Shown piece after piece: positions 25,301 to 37,300 of a DNA stretch of 64,000 nucleotides (position 1 is the stretch's first letter; every line of letters begins with the position of its first letter). This DNA is from Phoronis australis (Eukaryota; Animalia; Phoronida): the NCBI GenBank assembly GCA_002633005.1, contig NMRA01000404.1:147394-211393 (forward strand), written 5' to 3'. Made by a program: the position numbers and the translations under genes. The notes under the pieces are model-generated. The model made no database searches and had not been told where the DNA came from. It was given only the letters and a program-made list of their open reading frames with translations.

Positions 25301-28300
25301 AGAAAATCCTAATTGAAAGCATTATTTAATAAGACACTACACTTTAAAACACCATTACCAAAACTGAACAGGCTTAATACTTGCAACGAAAGAGAATAGT
25401 GAAGTAAAAGGATAGTAACACAGAAATATTGACATGCTTCAAGAATAACAACAATAATAACCCAACACACAGATGATGTCATAAGATACTACAATTGGTC
25501 AGCACGATTGGACTATTCCCTGCAACAAGTGGCTCATGAAGGCCTTGTAAGTGGAGATTAGTCAGAGATTAGCACTGAGTGATCACATACACAATAGATG
25601 ATGAAAATATTCTACTTAAGCAATTGGTAAGAAAGTATATAGGATGAAAGCATCGAAAGAAAAAATATTGAAAATGTTTAAGAGAGTGGAGGTCTCTTAG
25701 TGTTTGCCAATCAGATAGTTTTAGCAAAAAGAATGTGAACACAAAGGCAGGAATTTCCCTGCTGTGATGCAAACAACAACATGACTAAATAGGTAACTTC
25801 ATGTTAATCTATAACCACTCAAGACCACAAATGTTTTGTGACCTTGACACTGGTATACAGCTCTATATGCCAAGATTTCCTTCCATACATCTAGTATACA
25901 GCTCTACATGCCATTATTGCCTTCCATACATCTAGTATACAGCTCTACATGCCATTATTGCCTTCCATACATCTAGTATACAACTGCAAAATCTCAACAT
26001 TGCACTGTTGAGTAATAATACAAGCTCTATAAATCATCGAAAGGAGACATTACCATCTGTGACAGCATATGTGTTGATGATCACTCTGTTGGCCACACGC
26101 GCATTTTCTGTGGCAATAGTTTGAAAAACATCTTTAGCGTCTGTCAGTGCTGACAGGAGACCTCGACTTATATACACGATCAAGAAGTCCTCTGCAAAAA
26201 CGAACACAGATATGTGTTGTTAGGAAACAGTACTAAAAAAGTATAATTCCTATAACGCAATAGTACAAAAGTCCACTCACACGTATTTCAAAGCAATTCA
26301 AACTTATAGTTGTACAGGTATCAGAAGTGCCCAAAATTAGAATTCACCTGTCTGAAGTAATAACGTGAGCCATTTTAAACAAGTTTCAGTTCAAACAATT
26401 TATCCTAGCATGTTTGCTGCCAAAACAATGGGAGGAAACGATTGCAAGGTGACACCTCTAAGTTCAAGCCCTGTCCCAAACCAACAAACAACACATCTGC
26501 GCTACAACTTTCTTGCCCGGACCACTCATATTCCATACCCTGGGACCACATTCTTCACATGGGGCCATGGTCTCAGTGTAGAGTTAGAGCCCTAGGTGTG
26601 GAGTTTAGTCAGTGGGTAAAGAGTATTGGTGGTGCGTATGTGGAGTGTAGGGGGTGGGTATCGAATTTGAACTGAGAGTTAGGTATTTACTGATGTGCGA
26701 CATGGGTCTAGGCGAATGAAGTTAGAATGTAGGCACAAGGCCTCCATCTCATTATTTGTCAAGACAAACATTTTCTACAAGGAGAACCTTATTTATGAAG
26801 GTTCTAGATACCAAGCCTCACAATCACTTCCTTTGACTTACTCATGGTACAATACTGATCATCCAGGCGTGGGATACAATGTTCATCCTCAGCCATCCAA
26901 CACATGATCAGAAACAGGGTTGATAAGTGTACAAATAACACTCCAACAACCAGATGAATGATGTAAGAGTACACAAACATGTAACTAGTCTCATAACTAT
27001 CACTCACCATTCTCCATAGCTAGTTCTTTATCTAGTGATGAGTTGGTCAACATATTGAAAGCTTTTTGGAAGCCCATGGCATGACCGGTAGCGCCCTCAT
27101 CTCTCTCCAGACTCTCAACAAACTTGGACAAGAACATCTTAGTCTCCGTGGTAACAGGAGTCATACGAGAAGACAGACAGTGGTCAGCTTCCTGATACTT
27201 GCTGGCTGGGAGAGGGGCAGTGAGGCAGTCGTCGGGGCGGGAAGGGGACGCCTTGGGGCACTCGTCCACATGTGGGTAGAGGGGTTGGTCCGACAGGCCA
27301 ATCACACCCACCTAAAAAGGGAAATAATAAGGAGTGTGATCAAGTAAAAGTAGAATGTAACGTAAATATATAGACGCTGAGGTTGGCCAGTAATGAAATA
27401 TGTCAAATAAACACAGAAAAATGTGGAACCCCAACTGGGAATCGAACCACAGGTCTCTAGATTGCAGGTCTAGTGCTCTTACCACTGAGCTACTGAGGAC
27501 CCGATATCTGTGCATTTACTGTTTACAGCCAACTGTTAAGTCATACATCCCATGAGCAGCGGTTCGCCTTTTTCACACGGAATTTGGACAATTATATATA
27601 CAATCAGCAATTCACCAGTATGTGTTAACTAGATACAGTAAATATATAGACCATGAGGTTGGTCAGTAACAAAATATATCAAATAAACACAGACCGGCAA
27701 TCTAGTGACCTGTGGCTCGATTCCCAGTTGGGGTTCCTGATTTTTTTGTGTTTATTTGATATAGAGTGTAATGTATTATGTAAGCAGTAGACATAACACT
27801 AAGTAAATTAGACTTCTCTTTTGTTAAATGACAGTGAAATGAAGAAATAGAGGAATGACTTGTGTAAACCAATCAATGTTTATTTCATTAATCTGTTCCC
27901 CAGCCACTAGATACAACATACAACATGACCCAGTTTGTCAGTTTCCATCCTCCCGCGATAGGTTCCTCACAGGCTCATCAAAGCCAATGTGACGTAGTGT
28001 AGGTAGAGCCCCTTACCCTGTCATTCTCATTAAGAGACTCCAACATCTGGTTGGCCACAGCCTTGGCCGTCCTCAGTTGATTACTACTCATAGCTTTACC
28101 GTGGTCAATCAAAATCACGACGTTTTTACGCTGCGGTTGAACAGTAGAAACATAGACCTGCCTGTAAGTGAAAACAAAGTATTGTAAACCACGCAAAACC
28201 ACAATAAGAGCAGCAGTCTACTGCTTGCACAATGCATTAATAGACCAACAGCAAGTTTTCAGAAAAATAGGATAGAATTGGCATCTTGTTGCATAACACC

Positions 28301-31300
28301 ACAGAAGGTTCATAGCTCTGCATGTGCAAAACCAGCTTGGGGTTTTAAAAACCTCAGGCGATGATGCCAAGGGAACTGGGGCAAAATCCACCTTGCTTTT
28401 TATCCTCAAAAGGATTATTACTGGAATTCATTTATTGTAAAATGCATCTCATGGCTGGAAATTCTTTGTCCATTATGAGAGATATGAACACACGTTATCG
28501 TCGCAATAATCTTTAAACCCGACACAGTTTCACCATACTCAGACCCTATTGTTAATATCCAATATGTCTCCTGCCTCTTGCATGACCTTTGACCCTTGAC
28601 CTCACCTGTGACGCCTGTCATGTGCATCAGCACAGTCGCTGAACTCATGCGCTGGGTACTCGGTGTGCACACCCTCTGATGAGATGAAGTATTGCCACTT
28701 GAGAGTTGTGTACATGTGTTTGTTCTGTTGGAATGCTGCAACGAATAGTGATGAGCATTCAGCCAACCACAAGCGCTGACACAGTATCAATGAATAGTGA
28801 TTAGCATTCAGCCAACCACAAGCGCTGACACAGTATCAATGAATAGTGATTAGCCTTCAGCCAACCACAAGAGCTGACACTGTATCAAACCAAAAAGGAA
28901 TAGCTCAAAGAACAGAATGAAGAAGCCAATAAATCCAGTGCAATCTTCGGTAAGGTGCATTCCGGTGCATTCTGGGCAAGGTGTATTCTGGGTAAGGTGC
29001 ATTCTGGTTAAGGTGCATTTTGGGTAAGGTGCATTCTTGGTAAGGTGCATTCTCAGTAAGAGCTAATCAAACTAAAATATTTTTAAGATACACTGGTGAA
29101 ACTACGAACAGTGGATTGAAAACAAATATTCAAACCAATGCCGAAATACTTCTTCAGAATCCAAAACAAACTTAACTACAGCTATAACTATACCTGTAAA
29201 CAAAGCAAATTGCAAAGATTCAAGTCATCAGAGACATTATTTGATAGTTATACCAAGACTAGCAATGACTAACAAGAGTAGGCCACACAAATAGTATTAC
29301 TGAACACTTCTACAATAACCTTCAGTAAAGGAACTGTTTCAGAAACAAGGTTCAAAAACACTCATGACACATCTTTAGGCATCAGTTGTTTGCCTCTCAA
29401 GAAACAAATATATGGACAAGTAATTTCTCAGTTTTGATTCTTAAAAGGACTTATGATGTTTCAATTGTTTTACTTAAGAACAAAGATATCATCAGACTAG
29501 TACTAGATACTATTTCAAGTTCATGACTGATGAGGGCACTAAGGATGGCAAGTACAGGTGTCCAAGGGAGCCCACACTACTTTCCTTAGTGTTTATGGTA
29601 AAATGGAGGTTTTGGTATTTTTCAGAAACACTTTATCATCCTTACAAGATCACCTTTTATTGAGCACAAATCATGACAGTGATACTATGTACCCACAAAT
29701 CATGACAGTGATACCATATACTCACAAATCATGACAGTGATACTATGTACCCACAAATCATGACACTGATACTATATACTCACAAATCATGACAGTGATA
29801 CTATGTACTCACAAATCATGACAGTGATACTATATACTCACAAATCATGACAGTGATACTATGTATTCACAAATCATGACAGTGATACTATGTACTCACA
29901 AATCATGACAGTGATACTAAGTACTCATAAATCGTGACACTGATACTATGTACTCACAAATCCTGACAGTGATACTATGTATTCACAAATCATGACAGTG
30001 ATACTATGTATTCACAAATCATGACAGTGATACTATGTACTCACAAATCATGACAGTGATACTACGTATTCACAAATCATGACAGTGATACTATGTACCC
30101 ACAGATCATGACAGTGATACTATGTACTCACAAATCATGACAGTGATACTATGTACCCACAAATCATGACAGTGATACTATGTACTCACAAATCATGACA
30201 GTGATACTATGTACTCACAAATCATGACAGTGATACTACGTATTCACAAATCATGACAGTGATACTATGTACCCACAGATCATGACAGTGATACTATGTA
30301 CTCACAAATCATGACAGTGATACTATGTACCCACAAATCATGACAGTGATACTATGTACTCACAAATCATGACAGTGACACTATGTACTCACAAATCATG
30401 ACAGTGACACTATGTACTCACAAATCATGACAGTTACAATGTGTACTTACAACCAGTGAGGTTGCGTCCAGGGTTGAAGACAGTTTGTTTGATGAACGGT
30501 GGAACAAGATCACACATGATAGCTCGTGACACGTTGCAGTTGTACAGCTCTTCATAACTGGAAACACAAAAGATACATCGACATCAACATCCAACAGATA
30601 TTGCATAACACAGATATCAGTATGCAACAGACACTGAATGAAGGATATCAGTATCTAACTTAAATCCTATAACAAACCATAAGACAGATATCAGTATCTA
30701 ATCCATATTGCGTAACACGGATATCTGTACCCAATAGATATTGCAACCAGATACTTGTTAGATACTGAAATGTGCAGTTAAATATCAATATCTACCACAC
30801 ATTGCACAATGATGACATCATCATCTTTATTATTGTTGCGCCATGTGTCACAGCCATTTATAGTTTCACACTACTTGCACTTGCTAAGCATGTCACCAAC
30901 TATCCAAGTATATAATATCACCCAGGCAGCAGTGTCCCAGAAAACAACACTCACCTGAGCCTTGTATCATTCAAATGACAACAGCTGAGAGACCGTGTTA
31001 TCGGCTTCTTCACATGAAACTTGTACAAGTTCTCCACCAATCCCTTGTTGGCCCGCAACACTTGCTGGAAACTGTGTATCTTTTTGCCAAGTCTAGAGGC
31101 CAGCTGTAAGTAGCGTAGTAGTAGAGTAGTTAGGATCACACTAACCACAAGCTCTGATAAGTAGCAAAATACATGTGGTTTGGAGAGTATAAATATTCAG
31201 CAGTTTTGCTGCCAGCTTACACACACACACACACATGCACAAACACACTCAGCCATTTCGATAAATACAAATCACTAATCATGGTGATTGAAAATAAAAT

Positions 31301-34300
31301 ATGTTATCATCATGGAGACCGCCTGTCCTATATTTACACATCACCATGCTGTTACTATTTCAATAGGTAGTGGAGTAAGTCAGAGTTCACAGTACACCAT
31401 GGTAATAACTGTCAAACTGAACATTATTTCAGAGTTCACAGTACACCATGGTAATAACTGTCAAACTGAACATTATTTCAGAGTTCACAGTACACCATGG
31501 TAATAACTGTCAAACTGAACATTATTTCTGAGCAGAAAGTTGCAATCTGTCCTTAAAAGAATACAATTTCAAATTCAAGATGCGATTCAAAAATGCAAAT
31601 TTTAAGCAAGTGTTTGCACAGAAGTTAATCACTTGAAGTCAGAAAACAATGCAATTCCACATGTGTAAACCTTTGGTATAAACTTTTGGTGTTAACCTTT
31701 GGTGTAAACGCTGTATGACTGCCTGCTTGTTTTGCCCCAATTTCCAGCCACTGTGATATGACCTGAGCCAATGCAAGACATGTAGCAAGCTATTTCCTCC
31801 AGCACACCATAAACCCATAATTCATTAGGCTGGGATCTCTAAACACTGATGGCTATTAGTGTAGGACCATAAATGCCAAGATAAGCATCCACTGATTTAC
31901 CTAGGATCATTCATTCCATGATCTTTTTAAACAAGGTGGATATCAAACCACAAATTACTGCTGGTTCTCAATTTATAAGGCCCTTTCATATCGGCTTAAC
32001 TCCGGTCTGAGCGTCGACGTAAACAGCACAGTTAACTGAACCGTTCATACTGGCTTCGGTTGTTAATGAACATTGGAGTAAACAGGAGGTGACCCTGTCG
32101 TCATCGGAGTTATCGCAAGGAAGCGCTGCACACTAAGATTTTTTTAAAAAGTCTTAGCGTGCACGCTAACATTTTTTCAATATGACAATTTGGTAACATT
32201 TACATAACTGTGCTAATGACATTAAACTTAGTTTTAAATCAATTGGTTATTATTAGAGCAAAATATAAGCAGCTATTAGTGACGGCACTACTCTGTAACT
32301 ATTGATGATATCAGTGGCACCTGGCGATAACTTTGATTGGACCGAAGTTAACCGTTCATACTGCACCGCAGTGTCGACGCTGTGCTATTGAATCCACCTG
32401 TTAACTGCGACGTTAACTGGAGCTGTTAAAGGCGAAGGCAACCTTTTTCCATGTCATTTTGAGCTAAAATAAGGTTGGTTGGTTATCCTAGACATATTTT
32501 TCACTTAATTACAGCTTTTCGTAATTTTATTAATTATTCGTCCGCTTTTCCGGAAGTGACGTTTTAGGAGGCAAGCGCTTCCCGCTAATTTCTTTTCACA
32601 TAGTCTGACTGTGAGAGCTGCCGAGTCAGTCATTGTTCTACCTCGGTTGTGTTAAGTTCCGTCGTCGCTCGCTTTCATTTACTATTCAGTCAACATGCCA
32701 CACTGTTGCTGCGTACCGGGATGTAGTAATTATCGGCTCACGCGCGCTTTGGGAGTGCCTTTGCATCGCTTTCCGATGGATGACACACTTCGCCGTACTT
32801 GGCTCGTTCGTGTGAAGAACGCAGCGTTACCCGTCCACGCAACGTACAAAGCAGTGGAGAATTACCGTGTGTGTGGCAAGCACTTTCTGCCGTCCGATTA
32901 CGAAAGGGATTTGTACGCTGAACTGATGAAGGTCCCCGCGAAACAACGCTTGAAGAAGGATGCCATTCCGTCTGTGTTGATTCCCGGCAGTGCCCCGTCG
33001 CCACCCCCGAGAAGTGCGTTTTTGAAGCGAGAAGCCTCGCGAGCTGTGGCCAGTACAGTGACTGGAGCCAGTGGAGGCACTTCATCTACTGTCACCCGTG
33101 CCTCCGAACGTACCCCAGAGCGTGCAATTCCTGGAACCAGTAGTGATTCGCCCTGTGCTGTTTTCTCCAGCCCAGAGCCTCTAAGCAGCCCTGCAGCGAT
33201 ATTGAGTAGTGGGAGTGATTACAGGCCCAGTTCGACACCCAGTGAAGAGGACAGTTCGTCGTCCAGTGAACAGATCGGTGAGCCAAACTTTGATAAGTTT
33301 ATTGTGGACTTGTCTAAAGTGTTGGAGCTATTTAGAAGGTGCCAGGTGTGTGGCGAGGGAGTCACACGACACAATGTAAGCAGTTTGGGTGCTCAGGTCA
33401 CCATCCAGTGGGAGTGTGTCACGGGACACTCTGGCAAGTGGGACAGTTGTTCCTCTGTCCGTGGTATGCCGGAGGTCCACTTAACCATGTCCAGTGGTGT
33501 GCTCTTCACTGGAAACACGTTTCAGTCGGTGAAGACAATGATGGACTTTGGAAAAGTCAAGTTTTTTTTCGAAAACAACATTCAACAACATTCAGAATTC
33601 CTATTTAATACCAGTTGTCAATGACGCATACATGTCACAACATCTCGAGTTGGTGGCGGAATTCATGGAGAAGGAGAACTTGTCTGACTCACCAGGGCGG
33701 TCCGCCAAGTATACCACATACACTCTAATGGAGGAAGAGACCAAAAAGATAATTGATGTGGAACTCGGAACAGCACAAGCATTCAATTGAGGTAGGCATA
33801 ACAACGCACACAGTGCATTTGCACCAAGATGTGTCACCACGTCTGTCTTCAGTAGCCGCCTCGTTTCTCTCAACAGCTGCCTGTGCCTGTGTGTACTCTG
33901 CCTCGTTGTACTCGGGCTCAAACATGTACCCACCCACTGAATGTCCGTGAAAAAATTCCTCGTCACCACTGCTGTGAACAAGGTCTCCGTCACTCACACT
34001 ACTGTCACTGTGATACGGGTCACCGACTCCAGCCATTTTCAGCTTACAACACACTAAACAATCCCTAAATCCAACGCAGTTGAGTTCTCTACTAACCTAT
34101 CTTGCCGCAGAATACTCGCCGATGGAAAGTGGTGGCGACAATTGGTGAAAAATAGCACAAAACAAAAGTAGAATAGAACAGATTCGCACAGTAAGCTCAA
34201 CGCAAAACCAAGTGGCGGGAAGCGCTTGCCTCCTAAAACGTCACTTCCGGAAAAGCGGACGAGTAATTAATAAAATTACGAAAAGCTGTAATTAAGTGAA

Positions 34301-37300
34301 AAATATGTCTAGGATAACCAACCAACCTTATTTTAGCTCAAAATGACATGCAAAAAGGTTGCCTTCGCCTTTAACTACGATCCAGGACCGGAGTTAAGCA
34401 TTCATATTGACCGCAACTCCCCAAACCATAGACAGGTCGGCGTTAGTATGAAAGGCCCTATAAACCATGCAGTAACAAAATCTTTAAATACATTAGATAG
34501 ATTGATAAAACTGTTCACTATACTTTTTTTCAGAGTAATAAATTTCAAAATATAAAATTGCGAAAGGCAATATATTTATTGTTAATAGCTCAGCATAACA
34601 AACAAAATTGAAATCCATAAACAAGCCAGAACAACCCAAGACGAAAAGTTTCCAACCTTACTATAGCAAAATGGCCAGCACTGAAAATGAATATCAAGCT
34701 ATTGGGAAATTAAATAAAAAAAATAATCAAACTCTCAAAATACCTACAACAGGCTCAATACCATGTTCACAAACTGGTTAAAACACTAGCGTTTTTGCAA
34801 CTATTTTTGCTAGCAGCAAAAACACAGGTAATGTTAACAGTTACAAGTTCACTTGAGCTGTAACCGTTGAGTGACCTCAAAACTGACCATGTTTTCACTT
34901 AGTACTTCCCAGACCACTTACTTCAATAGACACACATGTGCAATGGTAAGAGGCTTTTGTTAAACAAGTTTTCAATTTATGGCGGAGAGGGAACATGGTG
35001 AGGCAACAAATTTCTGACAAAAATTACTTCTTTTTCAAACAAGCTCATCCATTTGGCTAAAATGTTAGCGTTTTCACCACTGATGCGAATCAAGGAAGTT
35101 TTTCATCCCTACAAAGTCTGGAAATGAGACCACCAAACAGCGCAAGTTCTGCTGATTTTGAAAACCTATGATTCAAATATTTTAATATAATTTACATATT
35201 AACGAACTAAGGTCCTCAATAACTGGATTGACAGCTGTCTCAAGTGAAGAAATATTACAAAGTTAACAATTTGCCAAACACTGACCTAATTCAGACTGAA
35301 ACACACTTGCAAGTGGCAACAACTGGTGGTCACGGTAAAGGTTCATTAATTAAAGACACCCCACAATTTGATGGAAAAAGACCTCACACCTTCAATTTCA
35401 GAGCAGAGGATTTATCCTTTAAAAATATTTCATAATTTTAGATGAACCACAAATTTCCACAAACTTCAAAGACCAAATATTGTCATTTATTGTTGGATTA
35501 CAGACATCATCCTATTTCTGTGTCCAAAATTTAAGAATTATTATCATAAACTCATTACACTGTCTTAGTTCATACAAAGCAAACTAGCACCATTATCTCA
35601 AAGGAGACCTTGTTATGTATTAGACAGTGTCACCCCTGAGGTGGCTTTGATATATATTGACAGTGTAATAACGATATAATGTTGACAATATTGTATTGAG
35701 ATAGCCTAAGGCCATTACGAACTGGGACAGACAGGTCACAGTGGACAGTCTCAACAACATGGTGACTAAGGTGTGTAGAGCTACGAAATGCACACAACTC
35801 AAGTGGCACAAGTCTATACACTTGAAAACATCTCAAGGGTTCACTTGTGGCCAAGTACAATCCAGAGGCCATAATCTTAAAGCCCGGTCCATAAGCATGG
35901 TGCCCTTGAGCGCTCACTTCTTGAAGCCTGTTCTATAAGATGACCGCTTCATTCTTGAACAGCTCTTGATGTGAAGATGCTCGCAAACATTCGCAATCAC
36001 ATTAGATCCTGGTTGATCAACAAATCCACAAAAAGGTCCTTTCGAGGTTATTCAACTCGCTGTATCTCTGTCTTCTGTCACCAAAATGTTTGACTTAGAC
36101 CATTCAGTGTCTTAAACCTTCCAGTCTCAACTTGTTTTGAGGTCAGATTAGAAGTGATGAGAACACAAGCACAAGTCACAGTCATACAACTGGACTACTA
36201 CAGTTAGAAGTGACCAGAACACAAGCACAAGTCACAGTCATGAGTATGTAACATTACTAGACAACTACAGTTAGAAGTGACCACAACACTAAGCACAAGT
36301 CAGTCATAAATCTTTAACAACTGGATTACTGCAATTAGAAGTGATCAGAACACAAGCACAAGTCACAGTCATGAGTATGTAACATTACTAGATTAGAAGT
36401 GACCAGAACACAAACACAAGTCACAGTCTCACCAACTCAGGTCACAGTATCGCAGATAAATGAAATCTAAATTTTCCATTCATTTCATAATACCAAATCA
36501 CCTTTTACATTCTATATCACAACTATCATCAAACAATATTTTGGTGACTTGTCAATCACAACAAAGTTAGAAGCTTTTGAAGCACAAGGAATTTTAGTTA
36601 AGTTCCAAATTGGTGAAACAACTATTTCATGTAGACATACACTTGTTTATAGTTGGAGACTACAATGGCTTTCAACAGATACCTTTACACACTTCAGAGA
36701 GGGATAAAACACAACACAACATAACATTCAAGGAAGTTTGACACAGTCAAAAGACCTCAACCAAACCAAAGATAAAATCTTTGACCAAACCCAGCTACAT
36801 TTATAGGCTTTCTGACCTTTCAGTATATACAAACATCAGCCTAACATCTGCCAATTCAAAACACAAGTCTACAAAATAGTTGCTGAAACAGTGAAGTATC
36901 AGCCCAGAACCTTCCCACCAGACACTGGATCACATGAGTGGCTACATTGCAAGCAGTTATACAGTGGCGAAAAAGACCTCCCGTTCCATGTGCCCATGGG
37001 ACCATTGAACTAGGTTGCTTAGCAACATAAGTACTAGTGACAACACCAGGAGTATAGGGTTAACTCAAATTGTCAGCAAAGTGCCAACAACAGTGGCCGT
37101 TGTAATCGTTCTTATTACAAACTTTTTGCTACGAGCGTTGTAGAATGTTTGTAAAGTGTGCGCATAAATTGTGTGAACAAAAGAACTCACCTCATCTACT
37201 TGTTTTTGTTCGTTCAACTCTTTTCTTGTATAAGGCATTGAGTCAAATATCTCCTGAAATAAAAGGTAAAGTACGTGTACAGAATACAGTATTAGAAAAC

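Larger units (their letters stand above)
32430..34370 (+). mobile_element. Kolobok-superfamily DNA transposon, internally deleted (non-autonomous), in CACHD1 intron 2
   Basis: TTAA target duplication (32426-32429 / 34371-34374) and AG...CT termini. ~156-bp TIRs (32430-32585 vs 34215-34370) show only two mismatches by eye. It carries convergent THAP-transposase and KolX-like ORFs. Confidence 0.9.
31978..34459. mobile_element. ~540-bp MITE (Harbinger-like 3-bp TSD) that hosts the Kolobok insertion
   Basis: Termini AGGCCCTTTCATA / TATGAAAGGCCCT (13-bp TIR, 1 mismatch) flanked by ATA on both sides (31975-77, 34460-62), with internal GTTAAC-rich repeats. A homologous uninterrupted copy lies at 43823-44630. 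Confidence 0.7.

Noticed and set aside
27424-27502. Functional tRNA-Ala(TGC) or tRNA-Cys gene
   Set aside because: Mismatched acceptor stem, C at position 33, and embedding in a repeat with an inverted partial copy.
29664-30450. Regular 29-bp repeats (and the 20-bp array at 21781-22201) as a CRISPR array
   Set aside because: The units are contiguous with no unique spacers, there are no cas genes, and the context is a eukaryotic intron.
30418-30627. ORF-track frame for CACHD1 exon 4 (…[12 protein letters not shown]…) and the extended frame [11 protein letters not shown] at 28736-28790
   Set aside because: Phase continuity and the FNPGRNL motif require a different frame and the acceptor at 28735.
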